DNA of 64,000 bases from contig CAWCCJ010000007.1 in assembly GCA_963794045.1 (NCBI GenBank), forward strand, positions 177,654 through 241,653, written 5' to 3'. This DNA comes from an uncultured Actinomycetes bacterium. Its GTDB lineage: Bacteria; Actinomycetota; Thermoleophilia; Gaiellales; Gaiellaceae. Below are positions 1-9,562 of the stretch, in pieces; the stretch's first letter is position 1, and each line of letters starts with the position of its first letter. Below the pieces are notes generated by a model. It ran no database searches and had not been told where the DNA came from. It worked only from the letters and a program-made list of their open reading frames with translations. Both the position numbers and the translations under genes were made by a program.

Positions 1-170
1 ACGAAGCACCCGTGTCGACGGAGCTGATCTATCGCAACATGGAGCAGCACAAGACCGGCTACGCCGCCGCCGTCCTACGGGTCGTCGAACGGCTCGAGGC
101 CTACGAGCGCGACGAGGACGCCGGTCGGGCAACTGTCCCTCGCGAGATCCTCGACCACTACGGGCCATGA
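1..170 (+). CDS. 3' end of an upstream ORF (partial; function unknown)
   Basis: The open frame ...EILDHYGP ends in TGA at 168-170. This stop overlaps the next gene's ATG (167) as ATGA, which suggests the same operon. Confidence 0.4.
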   Translation, partial: EAPVSTELIYRNMEQHKTGYAAAVLRVVERLEAYERDEDAGRATVPREILDHYGP

Positions 171-1120
171 CCGTCGCGGCGCGAGCGGCCGAGGACATGC
201 CCGGAGGATGGGCGCGTCACCTCGCGCCGCCGCGCCAGGTGATCGTCGAGTCGTCGTCCCGCTGCAACTTCCTCTGCCCGCTCTGCCTCTGGCCGAAGAA
301 CAAGCGCCACGGATACCTCGGCCCGGAGACGTTTGCGCGCTTCATCGATGGCGCCGCGGCGACGACGGAGCTGCTGTGCTTCTCGGGTCGCGGCGAGCCG
401 ACGCTCAACCCGATGCTCTTCGACGTGCTCCCTCTCGCCGTCGCGTCCGGTGTCCAGACCGATCTCGTCACGAACGGGTCGAACCTTCTCCGCGATTTCG
501 ACGCCGTTCTCGAGTCCGGGATCGACAACCTCGTCGTCTCGATCGACGCCGACAACGCCGAGGATTACGCCCGCTACCGGGTGAACGGCGTCTTCGACGA
601 GGTGGTGGCCGGGATGACGCTGATCGCGGAGGAGAAGCGCCGCCGCGGCCTCGAGAAGCCGGCCCTGCGTACCTGCTCGGTCATGTTCGCGTACAACGCC
701 GACAAGCTCGACGACCTCCGCGCGTTCTTCGGCACGCTCGGGTTCGAGTCGTTCATCTTCAAGTCGGCGCATCTCGGGCATGGACAGCTCTCGGAGGAAA
801 CGCACGTGCTGGCCGAGCGCTGGCTGCCGCGCGACCCTGCACTCGTCCGCCCGCTCCACCCGTCGAGCCCACCGCAATGCGAGTTCCTCAGCCGGGCACA
901 CCTCCTCTGGAACGGAGACGTGTGCCGCTGCGCGATCGACCACGAGCGCATGGTTGTCGGCAACGTCAACGACCGTGGCTTCGCCGAGATCTGGGCGGGG
1001 GACGAGAGCCGACGCGTCGTCCGGACGATCGCGCGCGGCGAATTCGACAAGTGCCAGGACTGTGCGCTCAACGGGGCGCGCTCCGTGCGGGAGACGCCGG
1101 ACGGGGTGTTGCTCATATGA
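167..1120 (+). CDS. radical SAM enzyme with Cys-rich SPASM/twitch-like C-terminus
   Basis: CNFLCPLC (CxxxCxxC) lies near the N-terminus, with GRGEPTLNP and a TNGS glycine-rich region. The C-terminus carries C..CRC....C..C cysteines. Confidence 0.85.
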   Translation: MTVAARAAEDMPGGWARHLAPPRQVIVESSSRCNFLCPLCLWPKNKRHGYLGPETFARFIDGAAATTELLCFSGRGEPTLNPMLFDVLPLAVASGVQTDLVTNGSNLLRDFDAVLESGIDNLVVSIDADNAEDYARYRVNGVFDEVVAGMTLIAEEKRRRGLEKPALRTCSVMFAYNADKLDDLRAFFGTLGFESFIFKSAHLGHGQLSEETHVLAERWLPRDPALVRPLHPSSPPQCEFLSRAHLLWNGDVCRCAIDHERMVVGNVNDRGFAEIWAGDESRRVVRTIARGEFDKCQDCALNGARSVRETPDGVLLI

Positions 1121-2454
1121 GTGCCGGCGCCGATCGACTGCGGATCGCGTACGTCGCCTACGGCCTCGTCACGCCGGCGAGGGCGCACAACCTGCAGACG
1201 GTGAGCACCGTCGACGCGCTTGCGGCCCGCGGCCACGACCTCCTCTTCGTGAACTCGCTGTTGCCCGCGGACCGGGCGACGGACGATGCGCGGAACCTTC
1301 CCGCGTGTGAGACCATCCTCATTCCGGCGGGCAGGCTCTTCGAGCTGCACCGGCGGCTGACGCCGCACGGCCGCTTCTGGTCGCTTTTCGCAGATCGCTC
1401 GCTCTACGCGGTCAGAGCCCTACGGCGCGTTCGGGTCGCGAGATCGGACGCGATCGTCACGCGTGACCTCGTCGTGTGCCTCTGGGCAAGCGCGCTTACG
1501 AGGAAACCGGTGGCGTACGAGCTGCACTCCCTCGAGCAGGTCGTGTTCGCGGCGAGCGACGAGTCCGACCTCTCCGACGCCGAGCTCGTCCGACGCATGC
1601 GCGAACTCGCGGTGACGGACTTCGCGGGTCACCAGGACGACCCGTCGATGCTCGGACGCCTCTACAAGTGGTTCCTCCGCCGTCTCGAGGACGCCGCGCT
1701 TCGGCGCGCGACCGTCGTCCTTCCGCTGACGGCGACGGCGGGCCGTCGGCTCGGAGCCGACCACCGCGTCGCTCGATGGCAGAAGGTGCCCAGCGGACAT
1801 GCGCTGCCGACTGCGCCGCGCGTCGACAGGGCGGAGCTTCGTCGGCGCCTCGGCGTGCCGCTCGACCGTCCGCTCGCCGTCTACGCCGGTCTGTCGCTGA
1901 ACGGGAAGGGCATCGAGTCGCTCTACGCCGTCGCCGCGCAACTCGCGTCGGACTGCGCGATCGTCGTGGTCGGGCCTGACGACGAGCAATGCGCCGCACT
2001 CGCAGCGCTGCGCGACGAGCGCGGTCTCGGCACGCGCCTCCTCTTCGTCCCACGGGTCGAGCACGACCGGGTCGCCGACTACTTGCGCGCATGCGACGTC
2101 GGGCTGCTCCTCTATCCGCGCTCGCGCGCGCTCGGCGAGTTCGCGTCGCCGCTGAAGCTCCTCGAGTACCTGGCGTCCGGACTCCCGGTTGTCGCAACCC
2201 GCCTGGAAAGCATCGAGGAGATCGTGGTCGACGGCGTCAACGGGCGCCTCGTAACCGCCGGTGACGCGGCCGCTGCCGCTGTTGCCGTGGACGGCCTGCT
2301 CGGCGACGAGCGACTGCTCGCGCGCCTGGCGGCCGGCGCACAGGCGACGGCGGAGCACTTCACCTACGACCGTCGCGCCGAGCGCATCGACACCGCGGTT
2401 CGCGACGCACTCGTCCGCAGACCCGAGGAAGCTGCGCTGTGCATCTCAACGTAA
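1117..2454 (+). CDS. glycosyltransferase family 1 (GT4-like)
   Basis: The in-frame ATG at 1117 overlaps the upstream stop (ATGA). The C-terminal motif SPLKLLEYLASGLPVVAT..VVDGVNG is typical of the GT1 E-x7-E region. Confidence 0.8.
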   Translation: MSAGADRLRIAYVAYGLVTPARAHNLQTVSTVDALAARGHDLLFVNSLLPADRATDDARNLPACETILIPAGRLFELHRRLTPHGRFWSLFADRSLYAVRALRRVRVARSDAIVTRDLVVCLWASALTRKPVAYELHSLEQVVFAASDESDLSDAELVRRMRELAVTDFAGHQDDPSMLGRLYKWFLRRLEDAALRRATVVLPLTATAGRRLGADHRVARWQKVPSGHALPTAPRVDRAELRRRLGVPLDRPLAVYAGLSLNGKGIESLYAVAAQLASDCAIVVVGPDDEQCAALAALRDERGLGTRLLFVPRVEHDRVADYLRACDVGLLLYPRSRALGEFASPLKLLEYLASGLPVVATRLESIEEIVVDGVNGRLVTAGDAAAAAVAVDGLLGDERLLARLAAGAQATAEHFTYDRRAERIDTAVRDALVRRPEEAALCIST

Positions 2455-3284
2455 CGACGACGTCCGGGTGCCGAGGCCGCTGCGTCTACTGTCCCCAGGA
2501 CCGGTACTGGGAGGCGATGCGCGAGCGGCCGCGCTTTCTGACCGCGGTCGAGTTCGATGCCCTCGTCCCGATGCTCGAGGGCACGCACTTCGACGTGCTG
2601 AGCTTCGGCGGCTTCTCCGAGCCGTTCGACAATCCCGAGATCGTCGAGTTGTTGACGCTGGCGGGCGGGCTCGAGTTCGCCGACGAGGTCGTCGTCTACA
2701 GCAACGGCGAGGCGATGACGCCGGAGACGATGCGCGCACTGGAACGCGTGCGGCTCGGAACCGTCGACGTCAGCTGTCACGGCTTCGACCCAGAGACCTA
2801 TCGTCGGACGCGGTCGTTCGTCGACCCGGCCGCTGTGCGTGAGAACGTGATCCACCTCCTCCGCCACCGCGAGAACATCGACAACCTCGTCATCTCCGTG
2901 ACCGGGCCGTTCGCGTCCGACGACAGCCTCCATGAGCTCGAGGAGCTCTGTGCGTCCGGCGGCGCGACGCTCTTCCGGCGCGACCTCCACAACCGCGCCG
3001 GCCTACTCCGCATCGGGCGCACCGAGCGGAAGAGCGGCGCCTTTCGCTGCGCGAAGTTCGACTTCGAGAAGCCGGTCCTCGTGCCGGGCGGCGACCTGAG
3101 CCTTTGCTGCCAGGACTTCGCGCTCCAGTCCGTGATCGGGAACCTGCACGACCGGCCGTTCGCGGAGCTCATGGCCTCGTCGCCGCTTCGCACCCACGTG
3201 CTCGAGGTCGCCGCGGGCCGCCGCACCGATTCCGCGTTGGCCTGCTACGACTGCGTCTTCTGCGTGCCGGCGGCGGCGTCGTGA
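2439..3284 (+). CDS. radical SAM enzyme with Cys-rich C-terminal (SPASM-like) domain
   Basis: CRGRCVYC motif at residues 11-18. The C-terminus has CC....GN....CYDCVFC. The GTG start overlaps the GT1 stop by 16 nt. Confidence 0.8.
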   Translation: MHLNVTTTSGCRGRCVYCPQDRYWEAMRERPRFLTAVEFDALVPMLEGTHFDVLSFGGFSEPFDNPEIVELLTLAGGLEFADEVVVYSNGEAMTPETMRALERVRLGTVDVSCHGFDPETYRRTRSFVDPAAVRENVIHLLRHRENIDNLVISVTGPFASDDSLHELEELCASGGATLFRRDLHNRAGLLRIGRTERKSGAFRCAKFDFEKPVLVPGGDLSLCCQDFALQSVIGNLHDRPFAELMASSPLRTHVLEVAAGRRTDSALACYDCVFCVPAAAS

Positions 3285-4642
3285 CGTTCGTTGCGCTCGC
3301 CGTCTTCACCTTCTGTCTCGTCGTCGGAGCACGGAACCTTGTGCGCGTTGCGAGCTCGATCAGATGGATCGCGGCCGAGTCGCAGGCTCCGCTGCCCGAG
3401 GTCGTCGGGCCCGCGCCGAGCTTCGTCGTGCTCGTCCCGCTCCTCCACGAGCGTTCGCTCGTCGAGCAACTCGTGAGGCGGATGGGCGTGCTCGAGTCGA
3501 CCGACTGCAGGATCGCCTTCATCACGACCGCCCGCGAGGGCAGCGGCGACGGCTCGACCGCGCAGCTGCTGGAGCGCGTGCTCGCGCGGGAGGCCAACCC
3601 ACGCTTCGTGCATCTCCACTGCGACACGGGCAACGACACGAGCAAGGCGGACCAGCTGAACTTCGCGCTCGCGCAGCTCGGGCTCGCAGGCTCGCGCGAC
3701 TCGAGCATCTTCGTCGGCGTGTACGACGCGGACTCGTCGCCGGATCCGCGGACGCTGAGGTACGTCGCCGTGCAGGCCCGGCGGAGACCGGAGCTGGCGG
3801 CGATCCAGCAGGTGCCGCTCTACTTCCAGAACCTCCGCGACGTGCGCAGCGTGCGCGGCCTCTACCTGATGGCGCGCCCGCTCCACAACGCGCTGTTCGC
3901 GCTGACGGTCGAGGTGCCGTCCATGCGCCGTCAACCACGTGTCTTCGCGTCGCCGAGTCGGTCGCCCCTGCGCGTCTTCGGCGGCTGGCTGTCGCACGGC
4001 CTCGGACACGGTCAGTTCTTCCGTCTGGATCTCGTCTCGGAGTTCGGCGGCTTCCAGCCCCCGAGTTGCGATACACAGTTCGGTCACGCTCTCGCTTTCT
4101 GCGGCGTGCCGATCCACGCCCATCCGATGCTCGACGTGGGGGAGACGCCCGAGTCGGTGCGCGTGCTGATCCGGCAGGGTGTCGTCTGGTTCAACTCGAT
4201 GAACACGTTTTGGCGGACGAAGCGCTTCGTCGAGCGGCGCCCCGACTATCACAGGGCGGCCGCATGGCCGATGACCCTCCGCCTCGTGCATGCAAACCTC
4301 GCGTGGGCCGTCTATCCGCTGCTCTTCCTCGCGGTGCTCGTCTGGTCAACCGTTGCGGGGCAATGGCTTCTCACCGCCTACGGACTCGTCGCGTGGGGCG
4401 TCTACGTCGCGCCCCTCGCATTGATCCTCCGCCGTCTCGACCTGTGGCAGGAGATCTGCGCCGGATTCGAGCCGATCCGGCGCGTCTCGTTCCTGACGAA
4501 GGCCGGGATTGTCCTGCTCTTCGGCGCCGAGAAGCTCGGTTCTTGCATCAGCCCGTTCCTCTGGGGCTTCTACGCGCTCCGCGGCCGCGCGCGCCGTGAA
4601 CCGATCACGCTCCACAAGACCGAGCGGAGCGTCGAGGGGTGA
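3281..4642 (+). CDS. membrane-embedded glycosyltransferase family 2-like (synthase-type)
   Basis: GTG at 3281 overlaps the upstream stop (GTGA). It has an N-terminal TM helix, FVVLVPLLHE and VYDADSSPD (D-x-D-like) motifs, and several C-terminal TM helices. Confidence 0.7.
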   Translation: MTFVALAVFTFCLVVGARNLVRVASSIRWIAAESQAPLPEVVGPAPSFVVLVPLLHERSLVEQLVRRMGVLESTDCRIAFITTAREGSGDGSTAQLLERVLAREANPRFVHLHCDTGNDTSKADQLNFALAQLGLAGSRDSSIFVGVYDADSSPDPRTLRYVAVQARRRPELAAIQQVPLYFQNLRDVRSVRGLYLMARPLHNALFALTVEVPSMRRQPRVFASPSRSPLRVFGGWLSHGLGHGQFFRLDLVSEFGGFQPPSCDTQFGHALAFCGVPIHAHPMLDVGETPESVRVLIRQGVVWFNSMNTFWRTKRFVERRPDYHRAAAWPMTLRLVHANLAWAVYPLLFLAVLVWSTVAGQWLLTAYGLVAWGVYVAPLALILRRLDLWQEICAGFEPIRRVSFLTKAGIVLLFGAEKLGSCISPFLWGFYALRGRARREPITLHKTERSVEG

Positions 4643-6351
4643 AGCGCTACCTCTTCGGTCCGGTCGACGAGGAGTACGCGACCGCCAACCTGCAGGCGGA
4701 GCGTGAACGCGGCGCATGCAAGGTCTTTGGATTCGACGGCGGCGACGTCGCCGTCGAGCGCCGCGACACCTGGGAGGACGTGCTCGCGAGGCTCCCCCGC
4801 GGGTGGCGACCCGACTTCGTCGCCCTCTTCCTGGCGTATCGCGCGATCTCTCCCTGTCTGTGGGAAGCCCCGGTGCCCGTCGTCGGCCTCGCCGCCGACT
4901 GGAGCGTACTCTGGCACTGCTACCGACACGCGGTGCCGCGGTGCGACGTCGTCTTCACCGACCCTCGCGGCGTGCGCGTGCTGCGCCGCGCCGGCGCCGA
5001 GAACGTCCGCCACGGCAACCTGTTCGGTTGCGCACGCGCGCTCCTCGACGGCGCACCCGAAGTGGAGCGCGACATCGACGTGCTCTACGTCGGCAGCCTG
5101 CATCCCGCGCACAAGCTCGATCGCCTCTCGAGGATCGGCCGAATCGTCCGCGCGTGCTCCGACGACTGGAACGTCGTCGTCCGGAACGACGTCGACCGCA
5201 CCGAGTACCGACGTCTCCTTCTCCGCTCGCGCATCGTCTTCAACCACGCCGTGCGCGGCGAGTGCAACCTCCGCACGTTCGAGGCCGTCGCCGGAGGCGC
5301 ATTGCTCTTCCAGGAGGATGAGAACGAGGAGGTGAGGCAGTACCTCGCGCCGGAGCGCGAGTACGTCTCCTACACGGCCGAGACGCTCGAGCCGCTACTA
5401 GAGCGCTATCTCGAGGACGAGCCCGAGCGGGCACGGATCGCGAGGGCCGCCCACGAGCGCGCGGCGTCGTTCTCCTTCGATGCGCTGTGGCGGGAGATCG
5501 TCGAGCAGGTGCCGGACAAGCGCGTCCGGGCGGGGGGCGGCCCGGTCTCGCTCCGCCATCGGTACTGGGAGGCTGTCAGCGCGAGCACCGGTCCGGGCTG
5601 CACGGGCGAGGTCGAGGGGGAGCTCCTCGCGGAGCTCGACGGGCTGCCGCACGACGCAGAGCGGCACACGATGGCGGCCGTCGTCGGTGCGAAGCAGGCG
5701 CAGCGGCGTGGGACGTTCGACCGTGCCTGTGTCGCCGCGCTCGAGCATCACCTCCGCCGCGCCGTCGACCTCGCCCCCGCGCGGGCGATCTTCAGGCTCA
5801 ACCTGGCCGAGGCGCTCTGGCGGCTCGGGAGGGACGACGAGGCGGCTGCGGAGTGCCGACGCGCAATCCGCGACTGTGTGCTCGACGGCGACGATCTCGA
5901 TGCCGGCCATTTCCCGCCGGCGTTCGACACGTTTCGCGTCGAGTGGGAGCGAGCCGGGTGGGCACATGCGGGGTCGCCGGAGGACGAGCGCCGAGCGAAG
6001 GAGTCGCTCGTCCGCTGGCGTATGCACGGGATCCTCGCCGCCGTCGGCGACGACCTCGACCACTACCGCGCAGCCGTCGAGCTCCGCGACGACCTCTGGG
6101 TGAGCCACGCCGGCCTCGGGCGGGCGCTCGTCCGCCACAACAGGCCCGCCGACGGAAAACGGCACCTGCGCCGCGCGGCACACCTGAACCCCTTCGACGC
6201 CGATCTCCTGCCCGATCTGATCGACGCGTGCCGCCGTGCTGGCGACGTGGACGGCGAGCAGGATGCGGCCGAGGAGCTTCGACTCCTTCGGAGAGCCGCC
6301 GACACTACGAGCGGTCGCGATGTCGCCTATGCGCAGGAGGTCGTCGCGTGA
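4639..6351 (+). CDS. CgeB/DUF3880-like glycosyltransferase domain with C-terminal TPR-like repeats
   Basis: GTGA overlap with the upstream gene. The segment DIDVLYVGS...NLRTFEAVAGGALLFQED..REYVSY matches the CgeB-type GT fold. The C-terminal half is helical-repeat and Ala/Arg-rich. Confidence 0.65.
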   Translation: MKRYLFGPVDEEYATANLQAERERGACKVFGFDGGDVAVERRDTWEDVLARLPRGWRPDFVALFLAYRAISPCLWEAPVPVVGLAADWSVLWHCYRHAVPRCDVVFTDPRGVRVLRRAGAENVRHGNLFGCARALLDGAPEVERDIDVLYVGSLHPAHKLDRLSRIGRIVRACSDDWNVVVRNDVDRTEYRRLLLRSRIVFNHAVRGECNLRTFEAVAGGALLFQEDENEEVRQYLAPEREYVSYTAETLEPLLERYLEDEPERARIARAAHERAASFSFDALWREIVEQVPDKRVRAGGGPVSLRHRYWEAVSASTGPGCTGEVEGELLAELDGLPHDAERHTMAAVVGAKQAQRRGTFDRACVAALEHHLRRAVDLAPARAIFRLNLAEALWRLGRDDEAAAECRRAIRDCVLDGDDLDAGHFPPAFDTFRVEWERAGWAHAGSPEDERRAKESLVRWRMHGILAAVGDDLDHYRAAVELRDDLWVSHAGLGRALVRHNRPADGKRHLRRAAHLNPFDADLLPDLIDACRRAGDVDGEQDAAEELRLLRRAADTTSGRDVAYAQEVVA

Positions 6352-8231
6352 CCACGTCGACGTTCGCGATCGGTACGGGCCGCTGCGGGACGCACCTGCT
6401 CGCCGAGCTGTTCGAACGCGATCCGGGAATCGTCGTCCGGCACGAGGCCGATCCCGAGGCCGATGCCTACGATCGCTATCGCGCGTGGAACGGCAGGTCG
6501 TTCGATTCGGCCGCTCTGGTCGCGAGGAAGCGGCGGGCAGTCGCGGCTGCCGCGGCGGCCGGAGCCAGCTATCTCGAGGCCAGCGCCTATCTCACACTCG
6601 CGGTGGCGCCGCTCTTCGGAGCAATGCGCTCCCGCTTCGTCGGCCTCGTCCGCGACCCGGCCGAGACGGTGGCCTCGTTCTGGGTCAAAGGCTGGTACGA
6701 CTCGGATCCGCACCCGTCGGAGCCGGTGCACGCGTTCAGCAGGCTCGAGCCAGCCGATCTCGAACGCTGGCGCTCGTTGACGCGGATCGGGAAGCTCGCC
6801 TGGTTCTGGCGCGCCTTGAACGAGCGGATGCTGGTCGAGCTCGAAGGTTTGCCCGACGACCAGACGATGCTCCTCCGCGTCGAGGACATCGACGTCGACG
6901 CATACCGCCGTGTCGCGACATTCATGGGCAGCGTCCCACGACTATCGCGGCTCCAGGTCGAGGCTGTGCTCGCGCGGAGGCCCGGAGCAGGGCCGACGCG
7001 GCGCGACCCGGCGACGTGGAGCACGCGCGAGCGTCGCGAGTTTCGGCACGAGGTCGGCGACCTTCCGGAGCGGCTCGGCTACTCGGTCGCGCGGGGGCCG
7101 ACGAGGGCTCGCCGCCCGCTTCGCCGACTCTTCCTCGTCGACGTGAGGCGGCGGGCGATCAACAACACGCCGTACGACGTGTACAAGCTCGCCGACTGCT
7201 TCGCGGGTGAGCCGCTCGACGTCGTCGACCTGCGGTTCTACGAGAACGTGGATCTACCGCCGAGCGAGACCGTTCACCTCTTCCTGGAGACGGCCGGGAC
7301 GTGGATGTGCTTCGACTGGGATCCGGCCCGGTTCCTGCGACGGCTCGACCAGCTGCTCGACCGCTATCCGCGCGTGACCGTCGTAGGCCCGCAGGCGCGG
7401 GCCCTCCGCGAGCTCGCGGGCCGCGACATCGCAGTTGTCGAGACGGTCGACTTCGCCGGCGCGGTCGCGCCGGGTCGAGAGCCGAAGGGTCCGATCTCCG
7501 GCGCCTGGCTCGAGGCCGCGCGCGACCGCCGTTACAACGGGCAGCTGCTCGAGGGCGGCGCGCTCCGACTCGGGCCGGCTTTTTCGATCTCGAACACGAT
7601 GAGCTGCCCGGTCGCGTGCGGCTTCTGCTACTACGGCCGGCCGGTGTACGGGCGCGGAACCGACTTCTCGCACACCCTCGCGGACATCGAGCAGGCACTG
7701 GGCCGCGGCCACCGGAACTTCTTCTTCATGGATCCAAACTTCCTGCGCGGCGCTCGCGATTTCGAAGCGCTCCGTCTCCTCCGTGCGCGTTGGGACGGCT
7801 TCGTGTACTACTGCCAGGTCTCCCCGAATTACCTCACCGAACAACGGCTCGAGCAGCTCGCGGCGAGCGGCTGTGCGGGGATGGTGATCGGCATCGAGAA
7901 CGAGCTGCAGATCGTTGCGAAGGGAACGCTCGACGATGCACGAGTGCGCGTCGAGAGAGTGCGGGCGCACGGGATGATCCCCACGCTCTTCTTCATGATC
8001 GACGGCCGAAGCGAGCTCGAGCCGCTCGTCGAGGAGTTCGAGGGGGTTCCTTTCCGGTACACGGTGCTGAACGACGCGTTCGCGGGCGACCGGTCGCTCC
8101 GCTCGATCGAGCGCGGGTTCGAGGAGAAGCGGCTGCGCGCCGAGGAATGCCGCGATCTGATCACGCGCCTCGAGCAGCGCCCCGATTTCCTCGGGCCTGT
8201 GCGGACCGGCGTCACGGCATACGCGCGTTGA
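6348..8231 (+). CDS. fusion protein: sulfotransferase-like N-domain plus radical SAM C-domain
   Basis: GTGA overlap with the upstream gene. The N-terminal GTGRCGTHLL resembles the PAPS 5'-PSB loop. The C-terminal half has CPVACGFC (CxxxCxxC) preceded by a Rossmann-like segment. There is no in-frame stop between the two halves. Confidence 0.7.
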   Translation: MTTSTFAIGTGRCGTHLLAELFERDPGIVVRHEADPEADAYDRYRAWNGRSFDSAALVARKRRAVAAAAAAGASYLEASAYLTLAVAPLFGAMRSRFVGLVRDPAETVASFWVKGWYDSDPHPSEPVHAFSRLEPADLERWRSLTRIGKLAWFWRALNERMLVELEGLPDDQTMLLRVEDIDVDAYRRVATFMGSVPRLSRLQVEAVLARRPGAGPTRRDPATWSTRERREFRHEVGDLPERLGYSVARGPTRARRPLRRLFLVDVRRRAINNTPYDVYKLADCFAGEPLDVVDLRFYENVDLPPSETVHLFLETAGTWMCFDWDPARFLRRLDQLLDRYPRVTVVGPQARALRELAGRDIAVVETVDFAGAVAPGREPKGPISGAWLEAARDRRYNGQLLEGGALRLGPAFSISNTMSCPVACGFCYYGRPVYGRGTDFSHTLADIEQALGRGHRNFFFMDPNFLRGARDFEALRLLRARWDGFVYYCQVSPNYLTEQRLEQLAASGCAGMVIGIENELQIVAKGTLDDARVRVERVRAHGMIPTLFFMIDGRSELEPLVEEFEGVPFRYTVLNDAFAGDRSLRSIERGFEEKRLRAEECRDLITRLEQRPDFLGPVRTGVTAYAR

Positions 8232-9562
8232 CTCCTGCGGTCGTCATCGGCGGCCTCGGGGTCAGCGGCCTCGGCTGCGCAGTCGAGCTAACGCAACGCG
8301 GTGTCGACTTCCTCGCGCTCGAAAAGGACGACCGACTCGGCGGACTCGCGCGCTCGGACACCGTCGACGGCTTCCGCTTCGACTACGGGCCGCATATCGT
8401 GCTCAGCGTCCCGCCGGGGCTGGACGAGCTGTTCGACGAGCTGCCCGGCCTCGACCTCCGTCCGCACCAGGGCCGCTCGTGCGTCGCGCTGCGCGACGTT
8501 CTCGCACGGGTCGTACCGGCTCCGTTCCAGCGCCACTTGAACTACCTCCCCCTCGCCGTCCGAGGGCGCCTCCTGCTCGAGCTCGCCGTGCGCAGCCGTA
8601 ACGGCGCGTATCCGGCAACGTACGGCGACGTCGTGCGTGCCCGCTGCGGGCCGACGGTGTTCGAGCTCTTCCTTCGCGGCTACGAGCGCAAGCGCCTGCG
8701 CTTCGACGTCGAGGACATCCCGCCCGACTGGACCGACCGCGTACCGAGCGCGTCGCTTCGCTCTGTTGCGCTCCCGCGTTGGGCCACATCGCGGCGCGAC
8801 GACGCCGGCGCGGAGACGCGTTTTGCGTACCCGCGGGCGGGCGGAATCGAGGCGCTCCCCCGTGCGCTCGCGCGACTCGTCGCAGCGGAAAGCATCCGGT
8901 GCGGAAGCGAGATCGTCGAGATCGACGCCGACGCGCACGAGGTTCGGCTTTCCAGCGGCGCGTCGATCGGCTACGAGGAGCTCGTCCTGAGCCTGCCGCT
9001 GCCCGAGATCGTGCGGCTGCTGCGCAAGCCCCCGGCAAGCGTCGTCGCGGCCTCGCGGGATCTCGTCTACACGTCCATCCACGTCGTGAGCTTCGGCCTC
9101 GAAGGAGCGGTCGAGACGCCGTGGACGTTCATGCGGTTCCCCGGTGACCGGGTGCCGTTCTATCGCGTCTCCGTCCCGTCGCTGTACGCGGACGACGGCG
9201 CACCGGCGGGCCACGCCGTCGTCGTCGCGGAGGTCAGCCACCACCCGACAAGGCACCGCGTCGATGCGGGCGCGGCGCTTCGCGGCGCACGCGACGGGCT
9301 ACGCGAGCTCGGCGTTCTGGGCCGCAGCGCCCACGTCGTCGTCGAGCGCGTCAACGACATCCGCTACGGCCATGTCGTCTACAACCACCGCACCCGCGCC
9401 GCGGTCAGCGACGTGCTCGACCACCTGGGCCGGCACTCCATCTCGACCTGCGGCAAGTACGGCCGGTGGCAGGACATGCTCATGACGGGCTCGATCCTCA
9501 ACGGGATGGACGTCGCGCGCCGGATCGATCAGAGGGCACGCAGCAGCTCCGCGACCGTGTGA
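8228..9562 (+). CDS. FAD/NAD(P)-binding oxidoreductase (UDP-galactopyranose mutase / HemY-like family)
   Basis: The TTG start overlaps the upstream stop (TTGA). It has an N-terminal dinucleotide fold (VVIGGLGVSGLGCA..LEKDDRLGG), FAYPRAGGIEALP, and a C-terminal CGKYGRWQDM motif. Confidence 0.75.
   Translation: MTPAVVIGGLGVSGLGCAVELTQRGVDFLALEKDDRLGGLARSDTVDGFRFDYGPHIVLSVPPGLDELFDELPGLDLRPHQGRSCVALRDVLARVVPAPFQRHLNYLPLAVRGRLLLELAVRSRNGAYPATYGDVVRARCGPTVFELFLRGYERKRLRFDVEDIPPDWTDRVPSASLRSVALPRWATSRRDDAGAETRFAYPRAGGIEALPRALARLVAAESIRCGSEIVEIDADAHEVRLSSGASIGYEELVLSLPLPEIVRLLRKPPASVVAASRDLVYTSIHVVSFGLEGAVETPWTFMRFPGDRVPFYRVSVPSLYADDGAPAGHAVVVAEVSHHPTRHRVDAGAALRGARDGLRELGVLGRSAHVVVERVNDIRYGHVVYNHRTRAAVSDVLDHLGRHSISTCGKYGRWQDMLMTGSILNGMDVARRIDQRARSSSATV

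Noticed and set aside
208-1116. 5' extension of the 748-aa ORF 208-2454
   Set aside because: The first ~300 codons are low-complexity Arg/Pro-rich and overlap the radical-SAM gene in another frame. The GT1 domain begins at the ATG 1117, which overlaps the upstream stop.
158-1368. Long minus-strand ORFs (158-943, 574-1368) overlapping the first radical-SAM gene
   Set aside because: These are typical high-GC shadow ORFs. Their translations are Arg/Ala/Pro-rich and low-complexity with no motifs, while the plus-strand frame carries clear radical-SAM motifs.
5487-6347. 5' extension of the 914-aa ORF 5487-8231
   Set aside because: This part overlaps the TPR-containing gene out of frame and reads as an Arg/Ala/Gly repeat. 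The GTG at 6348 overlaps the upstream stop and begins the sulfotransferase-like domain.
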